The notes beneath the pieces are model-generated. The model made no database searches and was not told the DNA's origin. It was given only the letters and a program-made list of their open reading frames with translations. The position numbers were made by a program, and so were the translations under genes. A stretch of 64,000 bases of DNA from Caecitellus pseudoparvulus. Taxonomy: Eukaryota; Protista; Bigyra: Bicosoecida. Positions 39,142 to 50,796 of the stretch are shown piece after piece. Where the stretch lies: assembly GCA_965644315.1 (NCBI GenBank), contig CBFFRQ010000018.1:62001-126000 (forward strand), read 5' to 3'. Positions within the stretch are counted from its first letter, which is position 1. Every line of letters starts with the position of its first letter.

Positions 39142-40147
39142 ATGGAGGCAAGCGCTAAAGCTGCGCCAGCCGTGGGCTCAAGCACAGCTGCCGCAGCTGC
39201 TGCCGCAGGCGGTGCGGGCTCACCGCAACCCGTCCAGCCCAGCCATGCCGATGGCGCTGTGCAGTGGGACCCTGACACGCTGTCTGCGACCAGGAAGCCA
39301 TCCAAGGCATGCATTTCAAGGCTGCGCAAGGAACTGAGAGCGCTGTACAAGGGTGGGAGCCGGAAGATTGCGCCGCGAGTGCAAGCAATTACCGCAGCCA
39401 GCCTGCTTTGCCACCACCACAGATCCATTGCCCGGAATCCTCGTCTTCACGGAGCCAGCGAACATGACAATCATACACGCCCTTATCACGGGGCCCAGCA
39501 GCACGCCGTACGCTGGGGGCATGCTTGCTGTGCGGGTTGGCGTGCCAGACGACTACCCTCTCAGCCCTCCTCGCGTGAAGCTGCTGACGACAGGTGGGGG
39601 CACTGTGCGCCTGAACCCGAACCTGTACAAGAACGGTAAAGTGTGTTTGAGCATCCTCGGCACGTGGCAAGGGCCGTCGTGGAGCTCGAGCCAGAGCATT
39701 GGCAGTGTCTTGCTCAGCGTGCAGTCGTTGCTGGGGGAGCACCCCGCCACAAACGAGCCGGGCTTCAACAGCAGGACCACCCCCCAGGCGTCTGCAGCGT
39801 ACGACGCCATCATCGCACACGAAACACTGCGCGTTGCTGTGCTGGATGTGCTGCAGAACCCTGAGGCACTGCTGCCTGGTGAGCTGGCGGCCGCGGTGCC
39901 AGAGTTGGCTGCTGGCTTCGCCGACACGTACAGGGACACTGTGGCGGCATGGTGCCACCTGGACGGCACAAAGTTCCAAGACCCTTTCCAGCACAACATC
40001 GGCGGCACGAACACGGGAACCTTTGCGTTTCAGGCCCTGGGACAGGCCATCGCAGAGGAGGTGGCGAAGGTGGGTGGCGGAGGGGCAGGCGCCACGTCAG
40101 ACACCGACGACAGCGACACTTCCTCTGACTCTGACAGCGACGCGTGA
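39142..40147 (+). CDS. UBE2Z: Ubiquitin-conjugating enzyme, UBE2Z/USE1-like, 2 exons
   Basis: Intron 39353-39422 (70 nt). Motifs WDP..CISRLRKEL..DPLPGI, HALITGPSSTPYAGG, TTGGGTVRLNPNLYKNGKVCLSILGTW, NEPGF and HETLRVAV. Confidence 0.88.
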
Positions 40148-40348
40148 AGAGCACGGCCCTCCGTGCACAGCACGTGCCTGCGCGTGGGGCGCCATCGTGC
40201 GGCATGTCCAGACTGGGGCTGCGCCAGTGCATGGCCGGCGCCAAATCACACCGAAGCGGAAGGACAATGCATGGCCCACCTGCACTCTCTGCCTTTGGCT
40301 TCAGGAGCACCCTTGGTGGCCCCCTGACGTCCAGCCAGGCAGTCCAGC

Positions 40349-42020
40349 ATGCCGAAGCGGAGCAGCAAGAAGAAGAAAGAGAAGAAGCCCCCGCGGGAGC
40401 CCACCAAATACGATGAGTGGGAGCCGGCGAGGATTGAGGCCCAGACGGCCAAGTTCAGGGAGCTACTAGACAAGGCGGCCATGGACCGGAGCCAAGTGCA
40501 GGTGGACAAGGTGCGGAGCTGCCGTGCACACCTGCTCCGCAAGCCACGACCTTGACGTGCTCGCCTGTCGCGCTGGACTGTGCAGGACGCCGTGCAGCAG
40601 TTCTACGACATCACACGGCGAGAAATCCGGGAGATGGAGCTGGCCATCTTGGCTAAGGAAAAGGAGATGGAAGTGCTGGAGGAGAACCACCGCGTGGAAG
40701 TGCGGGTGAGTGGAGGGCAGCTGGCTCTGGCTCACAGCACGAAACGCAACGAAACGCCCGCCCACCGCCACTCCACAGGTGTACGCCCAGAAGGTGAAGC
40801 ACCTGGAGTACGAGCACCAGAACATGCTGGCAAGGATTGCAACACAGGAGAAGGAGCTCGTCGGTGGGCAGGACGCGTCGCACAGCACGTGAGTGTCGCA
40901 TCAACGCTGGTCACCTGCCGCGCCGCTGCGACACCCAGCGCCGTGCCGTTGCCTGCGCAGGCGGGAGCTGGCCTTGCGGCGGAAGAAGGCAGAGCTGCGG
41001 CAGGCGCTGTCCGACATGGAGGCTCACCACGAGGCGGCAGTCGTAAAGGCCAAAGCTGACCACGAGCGGTACTTGGCCTCCCTGCGAGACAGCTTCCGGC
41101 GCAACATGGTGGAGCTCAAGGCTCGGTACGACGCCCGGCTGCAGCGCCTGCGGCGGGACCTGTCCCTGCAGCGCAAGGTGGAGATCCACGAGGTGGAGGA
41201 GCGCAAGAACCAGCACATCGCGGACCTGGTGGCGAACCACGCGTCCCAGTTCGCCAAGATGAAGGAGTTTTACAACGAGATCACCCGACGCAACCTGCGC
41301 ACCATCAAGGACCTGCGCGCCAAGATCGAAGACATGAACGAGAAGCAGGTGGCCAACCAGGCCCTCATGGTGGACATCGCTGAGGAGAACAAGACCCTGG
41401 CTGACCCCCTCACAGTGGCCACCGCCGAAGTGCAGAGCCTGCGGGCAGACCTGCGCGACGCGCCCAAGGACCGCCTTGCCCTGCGCAACGCCAAGGCCCG
41501 CATCCGCAAGCTGGACGACGACATCGCCGGCCTGCAGCGCTCCATCGCCCGCATGGAGGCGGTGTACGACAAGACGGAGGCGGAGAAGGAGGAGCTGCAG
41601 GAGCGCTTCCAGAGCACGGTGGAGGCGGTGCAGGGCCGTGCCGAAGCGCGCAACGAGGCCCTGGAGAGCAAGCTGGAGTCCGTGCAGGACGAATTCGACG
41701 AGAAGTCTGCCCAGCTGCAGGAAGTGCTGACGGCAGCGCAGCTGGACCCCTCCGTCATCGGCATGGTGGCCAGTCGCCTAGACAGCATCCTTGACGCCCG
41801 GAACGGCATCATTCGCGAGCTGCAGCACCAGGTGGCGCGTGTGACGAAGAGCCACAACGACGCCCTGAGGGTCTTCGAAGCCAAGCTGCGCGACATGGGC
41901 ATCCCGACGGGGGACATGCCCTTTGTGCCGCTCCCGACAGCCACCACGCTGGCTCCAGCAGGACTGGTCGCCGCGCCCAAGTTCAAAGTCAAGCCAGCAG
42001 CGGCCACGGGGGCCGGCTGA
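40349..42020 (+). CDS. GAS8: Growth arrest-specific 8 / dynein regulatory complex subunit 4 (trypanin), 4 exons
   Basis: Introns 40511-40585, 40706-40778 and 40889-40960. Motifs HRVEVRVYAQKVKHLEYEH, RKVEIHEVEERKNQHI, MKEFYNEITRRNL and KSHND; coiled-coil composition. Confidence 0.95.
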
Positions 42021-42188
42021 CAGGGCCTTGCGCAAGGCATGCAGACGCACTCCTGCGTCACTTCCCCTTCGCCTTGCAGCCTGCAATGCACCGCGTCTGT
42101 CCTGAACCACGTGCGCCGCACTGCGCGGGACTGGCGTGGGTGAGAGTGGACCAATTTCCGCGCCGCCTCATGTCTTTGATTGCCCTGC

Positions 42189-45100
42189 ATGGCCGCTGAC
42201 GAAGCCCGCGAGCATAGGTGTCCCAGGGTCTTGTATGTGCTCCTCTTCCTCGTCGCAGCATGCTGCGCGGGCCTTGCGGTCTTTGGCGGTGTGGAGCGCC
42301 TCCCAGACACCGCTGAGGTGCACTTTCGAGGAAGAATCGAACCCACCCCGCCGCCCCCTTCCATCTCGCCCCGCCCGTCACCACTGCCATCCCTAGAACC
42401 GGGGTCCTCTCCACACCCAACTCCAGCACTGCCTGGCAGGCGCAGCCGCCTCGCACAATTCCAAGCCAAGCACGTCAAGGCTCGTCACTGGCTCACGCAG
42501 CTGCTGCCCGGCCTGAGAGCGCCCAGTGTACCTGCCCTGCACGCGGCAGTGAGTGCGCGAGGCCGCACAGCACTGCAAGGGTGGGTGGGCCAGTGCGCCA
42601 CCGACCACCTCTCGTGCTCCTGCGACCTCCGGTGCCCCCCTGATGCCGTGGAGCTGAACGCCCTCGTGGCGCTGGTGCCGCCTCCCGACGCCACTGCGCC
42701 CGGCAGCTGGACGTGGCAAGGCTTTCACTACCCCCGCACAGCCGCTGCTTTCCACCCCGTGGGTGGCGCACAAGGAGCGCTTCCACACTGCCTCGCCGTG
42801 GTCGTCTGCGCCGCTTCGCCTCGCGACACGCTCACTGCCCTCGGCGGAGCTCTCAGCAGTGTCGGCGAGGCGGCTGCCATAGGGAGGCTGACTGTCCTGA
42901 GCAGTCCCCTGTGGGACCCCCGCCCTAAGGAGCAGCGCCAAGGCCTGCAGCCTGGCGAGAAGCTGCATGCAGCCCAAGTAGACCACATCCCGTCCGTGCT
43001 GGCCACCAAGGCTGACCTGGTGGAGGTACAGGTGTGGTACCCAGGCCACCACGAGTTCACTCAAGTCATCCCGCGCTTCCTGCGCCACTCCGCGCTTCGG
43101 TTCGTGTCTTCCTGGCGAGCAGGTGAAGCTGCCATCCCAGACACCGCCCCCGCCATGGCAGCTTCCCTCGCTGCGCAGCCTGGAGAGGAGGCACAGGTCC
43201 TGCTGGCGATGCGGGGGAGCTTGCTCGCTGCCTGGGAGGCCAACACGACGGCCGACATCCTCTCCCCCGACGTCTGGACCGCCCGCCCGCGGCAAGAAGC
43301 CCTCACCGTCCTGCTCTCCACTGCCACACCCACCATCCCTGGCTTCAGAGTCTTCACGCACCATGCCGCTGCAGCTGCACAGCTGTGGGCATGGGCTGCT
43401 CGTGACCCTGGCTCATGGAGCGCGGAGAGTGTGGACAGTGAGCTTGGTGGGCAAAGCCAGACGCCTGGTGAGAGTGGGGGTGTTCTGCGGCTGGGCAGTC
43501 GTTACTGGCGTTTCCCGCCGTCTGATCGTGGGTTTGTGAGTGATGAGATGTTCGGGGGCTGTGCGTCGCAGTGCAAGGCGGTGTTCCGGACTGAGGGCGT
43601 GGTGGAGGGGGAGGGCGCGGTGCTGGTGCATGGGCCGCGCTACAAGGACGCCAAACCGCCAATTCTCGTGTACGGCGCGGCACTCTCAGCGCCTCGCCTG
43701 CACGGCAACATGACCCGCCTGCCATGGGCGCCGTACTTGCCAAGCACATGGGTGCCAGAGCAACCCCCTGTGCCCTTGCCGCTGTTCTACACCCTGCAGC
43801 TAGAGTCGGGGGCCAACCATGGTGAGGACTCGGCCTTGGACTTCCCTCGTCGCTTGCAGGCCACGTGGGGTCCAGGCGCCGCCCGGGCCCTGACGCTGTC
43901 CATGGTGGACGGGGCAGCGCCCTACGTGGACCATGCCCAAATGGGTTTCCTGTACATTCCGTCAACACTGCTGGACCCGGGCATGTCGCCGCTGACGTCT
44001 GGCAAGTCCGAAATGCTGGACCCCAACACCCTGTCCCCTACTCCCGTTCTGAGTGTCATACAGAACTGCATGGAGAAGCACAGCCGAGTTGGCATCATGA
44101 AGATGCTCCAGGCAGCCTTGAAGCCTCACGGCTACCCGGAGGGCATACACCACCATGGCCGATGTTTGCGCAACATCCCTCAGGCAGAAGGGAGCCCTGT
44201 CACCGTCGCCATGCCCGCTTCATTTCCAGGGTGGTTGTACTGGGGCACATCTGGTGGGAAGAAAACCATTGCCTCCAACTTCAAGACCGCTATGGCTCCG
44301 TTACAATGTCGGTTCGGTGCTTGGAAAGCCAAGCACAAGGCTTGGCTGGGCGCTGACAGCTGGAGGCCGTGTGGCACTGGCGCGCAGGAGCCCTGTCCAG
44401 CTGTGCTCCCCACGGAAGCCACTTCTTGCGAAGGGGCTGAGAAACTCGAAAGCCAGCTTGAGGCTACGGTTGTGCTGAGCGAGCGAGACCAGCTGTACAC
44501 CACCCTGGCCATGGACCAGATCATCCGCGGCATGTACAAGCTGGGCATCGCCATGGAAAACTCCAACTGCGTGCACTACGTCACCGAGAAACCCTACGTC
44601 ATGCTCAACGGCGGCGCCATCCCCATCGTGCGCAGCATTCGAGGCGTCCCAGCCTACCCTCGACACCTGCCGCCTGGCAGCTACCTGGACGTGGCGTGGT
44701 TCGCAGCGGCAGATGGCACCTTGCCAGATGGCTATGCAGATGCGCTGGCTGCCACCATCGCGTTGATTGACAAGGAGCCCAGTGTGTTCTGGATGTTCCA
44801 CGAGTGGCGGCGGTGGTGGCCGTGGACTGCCCGCGACCTGGCCATGGACTCCCCGCCCTCCGAGCGGCACACACCTCCCTACCTGAATGCGGAGCCCCTC
44901 ATGTGCATGATGGCGTGGGACCTGGCGTTGCAGGGTGTGCAGGTGCCGCCGGCGTCTGTGGCAGACCTGTTGGCGCCTGCCGTGGCCGCCTGTGGAGGCA
45001 TGTCGAGCGTGAACTGCTCGGTGGTGTTGGGGGCGCTGCAGGTGGTGGGCGAGCGTGTGGTGGCGATGGGGGAAGTGGGGGTGCCTGATTGTGCTGGGGC

Positions 45101-45305
45101 ACAGGGGCTGTTTGCTGCTCGGGGCCAGCCTGAGGCGTTTGCCACGACGAGTGGCCGGGCTTGGTGTGATGTGTGTGACGACATGGCGAGGGGTGTGGGG
45201 GGGGGGTCTGTGTTGGGTTGGGAGGGGGGCCGGCTGCAGGTGCGTGGGCAGGTGAACCTGGCGCCGGACGCGGCGCTGTCCCCACAGCAGACTTGCGTGT
45301 CGTAG
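42189..45305 (+). CDS. Alpha-1,3/4-fucosyltransferase-like protein (GT10), type II membrane protein, paralog A
   Basis: N-terminal TM (VLYVLLFLVAACCAGLAVF), Pro-rich stem and GT10 signature YKLGIAMENSNCVHYVTEKPY...GAIPI; intronless. Confidence 0.82.
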   Translation: MAADEAREHRCPRVLYVLLFLVAACCAGLAVFGGVERLPDTAEVHFRGRIEPTPPPPSISPRPSPLPSLEPGSSPHPTPALPGRRSRLAQFQAKHVKARHWLTQLLPGLRAPSVPALHAAVSARGRTALQGWVGQCATDHLSCSCDLRCPPDAVELNALVALVPPPDATAPGSWTWQGFHYPRTAAAFHPVGGAQGALPHCLAVVVCAASPRDTLTALGGALSSVGEAAAIGRLTVLSSPLWDPRPKEQRQGLQPGEKLHAAQVDHIPSVLATKADLVEVQVWYPGHHEFTQVIPRFLRHSALRFVSSWRAGEAAIPDTAPAMAASLAAQPGEEAQVLLAMRGSLLAAWEANTTADILSPDVWTARPRQEALTVLLSTATPTIPGFRVFTHHAAAAAQLWAWAARDPGSWSAESVDSELGGQSQTPGESGGVLRLGSRYWRFPPSDRGFVSDEMFGGCASQCKAVFRTEGVVEGEGAVLVHGPRYKDAKPPILVYGAALSAPRLHGNMTRLPWAPYLPSTWVPEQPPVPLPLFYTLQLESGANHGEDSALDFPRRLQATWGPGAARALTLSMVDGAAPYVDHAQMGFLYIPSTLLDPGMSPLTSGKSEMLDPNTLSPTPVLSVIQNCMEKHSRVGIMKMLQAALKPHGYPEGIHHHGRCLRNIPQAEGSPVTVAMPASFPGWLYWGTSGGKKTIASNFKTAMAPLQCRFGAWKAKHKAWLGADSWRPCGTGAQEPCPAVLPTEATSCEGAEKLESQLEATVVLSERDQLYTTLAMDQIIRGMYKLGIAMENSNCVHYVTEKPYVMLNGGAIPIVRSIRGVPAYPRHLPPGSYLDVAWFAAADGTLPDGYADALAATIALIDKEPSVFWMFHEWRRWWPWTARDLAMDSPPSERHTPPYLNAEPLMCMMAWDLALQGVQVPPASVADLLAPAVAACGGMSSVNCSVVLGALQVVGERVVAMGEVGVPDCAGAQGLFAARGQPEAFATTSGRAWCDVCDDMARGVGGGSVLGWEGGRLQVRGQVNLAPDAALSPQQTCVS
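44505..45305 (+). repeat. Dispersed direct repeat, about 99% identical to 55386-56186 (3' part of the GT10 paralogs)
   Basis: Offset 10,881 bp; about 6 substitutions seen in 800 nt. A second near-identical block is 43239-43630 vs 54090-54481. Confidence 0.95.
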
Positions 45306-45595
45306 TTGCTCCAAGGCTCCAGGGCGTGTACATTGATCTGGAGATGATGTGTCGAAGGTGTGGGAGGGCGTGGGTGAAGTGCAATGTTATTCCGACAGCA
45401 ATAATCGAACTTCGGCCTAACTTTTCCCTTCTGCTGCAGCCGTTTTTCTATCGTATCCCGCGTCCATGGTGCGGTTGCGGGAGTACACGCACAAAGGAAG
45501 CCCGGAAGTGAGTAAGGCCAATTTCCGCAGCAAGTGTCGTTACAGGGTGCTGCCTTGCGGCCTGAATCCGCTGTGCCAGTCACCCTGGTGGAACG

Positions 45596-46440
45596 ATGAG
45601 CTCGAAGTCTGGTACGTATCTGGGTGGGGCGTCAAAGTGTGTCGAGGAAGTGACCATGCCTGGGTGGGAGTGGCGGTCGGAGCTATGCAGCTGGCACGCA
45701 GAGCACGCTCACCACGACGTGCACGCAGGGTCGCCAGAGGCCGTGGAGGCATTGCTCCGCGCTGCGGGCAATGCGACTGGAGAAGATTTAGAGAAAGTCC
45801 TGGCTTCAGGCACAAACATTGACTCGCAGGATCAGGTGTGTTGGCTGCAAGTCCGCCGAACAGGCAGCTTCGGAAGCCTGCCGACAATCACACAGCCTTG
45901 CCGACACCCCCCCTCTCACAGTTCGGGCACACCGCTTTGTATCGGGCAGTGCAGCAAGGGAATGAAGTGGCGATGATGGCGCTGTTGGGGGCTGGCGCTT
46001 CACCCGACGCTACTGGCTGCAGCAGACCCCCATTGCTCGCCGCTTGCGAGTTGCACAGCTTGGCCTCCGCCAGCGCGCTTCTGGAGCACGGTGCTGACGT
46101 CGCGCAGGCAGGCCCAGAGGGCACGACACCTGTCATGGTTGCTGCAAGGGATGGCTGCGTTTCCCTCTTGTCGACGCTGCTGTCAGCCAAGGCACCACCG
46201 TCAGATACAGATGCAGAGGGGCGCTCAGCACTGGTGCATGCCATCGAAGCCGGCAAGTTGCACACTGTGCAGCTGCTGCTCAAGGCAGGGGCCGGCAGGA
46301 GTGCAATTGAGAGGGAAAACGCCTTGACCCGTGCTCAGGCGATGCTGGGTTCCGCCCATGCGACGCAGAGCTCCGCTGACATCCTCGCGGCAGTGCAGGG
46401 GCTGCTTGCAGAGGCGGGCGCTTCAGGCGGCCATAAGTGA
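45596..46440 (+). CDS. Ankyrin-repeat protein
   Basis: Intron 45836-45921 gives DSQDQ|FGHTALYRA. Further repeats PPLLAAC, GTTPVMVAA and GRSALVHA. A second in-frame intron at 45612-45728 (GTACGT..GCAG) is possible. Confidence 0.85.
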
Positions 46441-46488
46441 GGTGAGAGGGAAGGCGGTGGGGTAAGTGTGTGACAGTGTCGTCCATGC

Positions 46489-46496
46489 AATGCATT
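46489..46496. terminator. AATGCATT palindrome between the convergent ankyrin gene and NAA35
   Basis: Begins 49 nt after the ankyrin stop and lies 26 nt past the NAA35 stop. Confidence 0.6.
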
Positions 46497-46521
46497 GTGT
46501 GTGCTGAGTCGGCCAGCTGCG

Positions 46522-49500
46522 TCACATGACTGAAGACACTTCCGTGCCAGGCGGCAACGGACCGTCCACGAGGGCGACGCTGGGGAAGCCACCAGCTGCA
46601 TGGCAGTACACCTGCGCAGATGCTGCCTCACCCAGCTTCACCTCCACGTGTTTCTCGGGCAGGGGCAGCTTCAGCGAGGCCACAGCATCCCGCTGGTCCT
46701 CACGGAGCTTGGCGTATTCCTCTACCAGGGCCGCACGGCGGCTAGCACGCAGGGCTGATGCCTCTGCAATGGTCGTGGGCAACGGAGCTGGCGTGGAGTC
46801 GCTGGGCTTGGTGGGGGCTGCCGGCGTGGAGCTAGCCTCTGGCGCAGGCACACCTGCTCCAGCAGCAGCGGCAACAGGCTCGGCTGCCTCTGGCTCTGCA
46901 TCAGCCTTGGCCTCAGCCTGCTCCGCGGCGGCTGCTTCAGCCTTGCGCTTCTTCAACAGCGCCAGCTGCCGCGCCTCCACCCCTGAGATGAGGCCGAAGA
47001 TGACATCGGCCTTCTTTCCATACACGACGGCGTCCTCTGACGCGGCCTTGCACAGGGCAGCCAGACTGCGTGCTCGTGTGGCCACCTCCTTAGCGGCCTC
47101 TGCAAGCCATGCAGAGGCATGCCGCAGAACGAGCGCAGGGCTGGAGAGCGCTTGCAGGGCGGGCGGCGACCGTGCAGTGCTCTGGAATGCGTCGACGGCC
47201 CGCTGCGTGATGCGGGCAGCTTCCTTAGCCATGCGAGCGGTGGTGGCGGCAATGGCGGCTGAAGGCTGCCGAACGACGCTCTCCACTTCCAAATGGTACC
47301 GGTGGATGTCCATGATGCCCAGAACACCCGATCCTACTCGACTGAAGGCGGTGAGAGGTGCGTACCGGTTCATGAACTGGCCCTTCTTGATGCCAAACAT
47401 GCCTGGCGAGTTGGCAAATGTGCGAGCCTTGGTGCTGCACAGGAAGAAGCTGAAGAGACCACGGTACAGCAAGCTCTGCCCCTGCAGCAGGTTCATGTGC
47501 GGCACATGGTCCTGGGGGGACTCGACAGTCTTCAGGTCTGGCAGCATCTGCGTGGAGGGGCGGATGCCGGGCAAGTGCCCTGCGCGCCCCCCCCCACGCC
47601 CCCCCCGGCCTGGGCGAGAAGGGGCCTTGTGCTGCTGCACGCGGAAGGCGCCCACCTGCTTGCACGACATGCGCATGCGGTCTTCACACAGCAGGCGCTG
47701 GCGAATGAGGTGGTCCATCACGGCGCAAGCCGGCATGATCTCATGTGGCGCCAGCAACTCGTCACTGAAGGATACCGCCACATACTCTGCCTGCAGTCGG
47801 GTGACCATGGCCACTGCCGGGAAGGCGGCCCGCTGCAAGTGCTGCTGCACCATGATCATCTTCAGCCGGCTGATGTAGTCCTGGAAGGAAGAGCCTGCAG
47901 GGCGTGCAGGCACCCGGCTCAAGTGCTCCGCGACGGCCCGAGGCACCGGCACGGTGAGGAGGCCTGCCTGGTCGGCGGCACCGGTGGGGCCATTCAGGGC
48001 CTTGTCTTGCTCCTCGGAGATGGGCCCCCGGGTCTCGGGGTCCCGCACATGGATGCCAAAGCACGTCTGCACGAAGTAGTCCATGACCATGTCGTCCATG
48101 GCCTCCAGTTGGTGCAGCAGCATCTGCCACTCCTGCAGCAGCTGCTGCATGGTGCGGCGGCGGCGGGAGGGCGTGCTGCACCACACGCGGATGGTGCTCA
48201 CCAGCACCTGAGGGGCCAAGTTGAACACCAGGCTGTGCGCGTCAGGCAGCAGGCAGTACTCGCGAGGGACGCCGCCCTCCTGCAGGAAGGACAGCGTCAG
48301 CTCTACGCCCGTGTGCGTACCCATGACCCACATGGGCATGGTGGGCAGGGGGGGGTCCACGCCCTCTGGCCCCACGCCTCCGCCGGTCTTGAGACCATCC
48401 TCCCCCACCTCTGGGCGGGCCGAGGGGCCCTGCTGCAGCACCAGCATGTTGGCCAGGGACCTCACGAAGCAGTTGCCACCCGACTTGCACAGGAGGTCGA
48501 GAAAATCCAGGATGCCCGTCAAGGTGACGGCGGGGCGGCCGTCTGATTCTCGCAGCGTGCGCCAGGGGCTGTCCAGGTCCAGGGTCCCATCAGGCAGCAT
48601 GCCAGGCCCAGACACGGACGTGAAGCCACCTGGCAGGGAGGGCTTCTTCGCCAAGGTATCTGCCAGGCCCTGCATGGTGAGGGGCTTCAATCCACGCACG
48701 TGGGGGTAGTCGGGCACCGTCACCTCTGGCACGGCGTCGTCCAGTCGAGACGGCGTCGCGGCGATGAGCAAGCGGCAGTTCATGACGTACCCCACATGCA
48801 ACAGGTGGTGTGACATGCGTTGGAAGACCTCGTTGAAGGACGGCCACGGCGTGAAGCGGGGAGCCGCCGGCATGTGCAGGTGCAGGCAGTGGTTCACATC
48901 GAAGCCTGGCGTGCCCTCCGGCATTGCCTTGCCGGGCACCTCCTGGGCAGCGAAGGGGCAGTCCGAAGCAATGGCGCTGAGCTCCCGCGCTGCCAGGCCC
49001 AGCACCGGCGCGCCGACAGCGGTGTTGTCCGTGAAGGCGTCCAGGCCGCTGTGGGCGTGGATGTACGACATCATCAGCCAGCGGGTGAAGCGCAGGCGGC
49101 GCAGGAGGCGCTCTGCCTCTGCCGCACTGGCTCCGGCGTTGTCAGGCACGAGCACACCGCTCGCCACGATGCCAGGCAAGCCAGCAGGCGCCTGGGCGGC
49201 AGCCTCCGCTTCCTGCGCCTCTTCGTCGGTCTGTGTGGAGAAGCGGAGGAGGGGCAGCAGTCCCTCGGGGACATCCTCCGCCAGCACCATGGCCTCCAGG
49301 TCCAGAGGGGGCGTGTCCGGCGTGCGCTCGCTGGCAGCGACCCCCGCCCCGACGGCCGTGCCTGTCACGGCCAAATCGGCCGCGGACCCAGCTGCGGGAC
49401 GCCAACCGGATTGGAGGGCCAAGTCAGTGAGGTTACGCACGTGCCCAGCCGCCGCCTCGCGCAGCTTTATTGCGGCACTCCGCGCACAGGCGCTGCGCAT

Positions 49501-50574
49501 GTGCGCTGCGTAGTCAAGCCAAGTGTCAGGGCTCACCGTCGTGTCGTCAGGCAGCGTGATGTCTGGTGGGCTCGTGCTGCCGTGGACGAGGGGGGCACTC
49601 AGGGCAGCTTCAGGGAGAAAGCCGAAGCCCTTGAGGTAGCCGTCCACCGCCTCGGGCACGGTCAGGCCGCCAGGGAGGTGGCCTGGCCCGGGCCGGTACA
49701 CAGGTGCCTTGGCGGGGGTGGCGGGCGCGGGCAGACTGGCCATAACCGCGGCCTCAGCGTCAAGGAGAAGGGCCAGCGCCTCATCGAAGGTGCAGCTGTA
49801 CGCGAGGTCGACGCCGCCGCGGACGGAGTTAAAGTCTTCGTCGTCGAAGATGTCTGCGTCTGTAATCACACGTCTGCAGAGGTCCACCAGCTTGAGGTGG
49901 GCAGTCACCAACGCCAGCAGTGCGAGGCGGCGGGTCGCCTCGGGGCTGTCCGACGGGACCTTGGCCACGGAGGGTGAAATGTCCTGCACTTGCAAGTGCG
50001 CCATGGCTCGGCAGTGCACCGACACCGCCGTGGGGTCTGGCAAGTTGGGCTTGGAGTTGTCCACCTCGTCAGGCTCAGTGGTTGCTACGGCGAGCGGCAG
50101 CCCCAGGGAGGCACGGAGGGCCTGGGTGGCCTCCACGTGGGCGAACTTGCATGCCATGGTTGTCTGCAGCACGCTGTTCCCGTCGAAGTATGACACCTGC
50201 GCAGAAGCACGAGCGCGCCGGCGGGCGGTGGCGGCGGGGCGTGCGCCAGCCTCGCAGCGCTGTCAAGCGCTCACCAGTGCACGCAGCAAGCAGTCTGCCA
50301 CTGCGGTGACGCCACCCTCCCCAACATCCAGCGATAAAGTTCCCTCCTCCAGTTGCTTGGACACTGGCTCGTGTGCGGACAGGTGAATGCCAGCGTCCAG
50401 TTTGGGGTCCAGCAGCTCAGTTGCGTTCATGCAATCCTTCAGGGTGGTCCCAGGCGCCAGGACGAAGCCTGCGCTGCCCATTTGCCCGGCAGCTGTCTTG
50501 AACAAGGCTGTAGCATCCTTCCAAGCAGCGGGGACGTCCCCCGGAGCCCGTGACTGTGGCGCGGCCCAAGCCAT
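46522..50574 (-). CDS. NAA35: N-alpha-acetyltransferase 35, NatC auxiliary subunit (Mak10), 2 exons, with large insertions
   Basis: Exon 1 has WKDATALF..TLKDCMNATELLDPKLDAG (Mak10 N-terminal motif). Intron 50274-50197 (78 nt). Exon 2 has YFDGNSVLQT, IFDDEDF, GFD..PR, RSL, SRRRR and ELLAPHE. Confidence 0.85.
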
Positions 50575-50796
50575 GGCTTCCGTCAGTGCTGCTTTCAGAT
50601 TCCGCACCCTCGCAATACGCCTGCCGGTCGGCGTGCTGGCTTGGAGTGGGCGGGAGGCACTGTTTCAAGACCTCACCTTGATAGAGTGCACGGGGTGCAG
50701 GTTGGTGCGTCAGAATTACCCTCACACTTGCCAGTGGATGGCCTGTACTGAGTGCATGCATTGGGGGAGGTCGGCACAGTTCGTACCTGCACCACA

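Noticed and set aside
46526-49977. Long plus-strand ORFs (450, 417, 385 aa) antisense to NAA35, and similar ones opposite RAD23, GAS8 and TAD3
   Set aside because: Expected antisense open frames in high-GC, codon-biased genes; no recognisable motifs.
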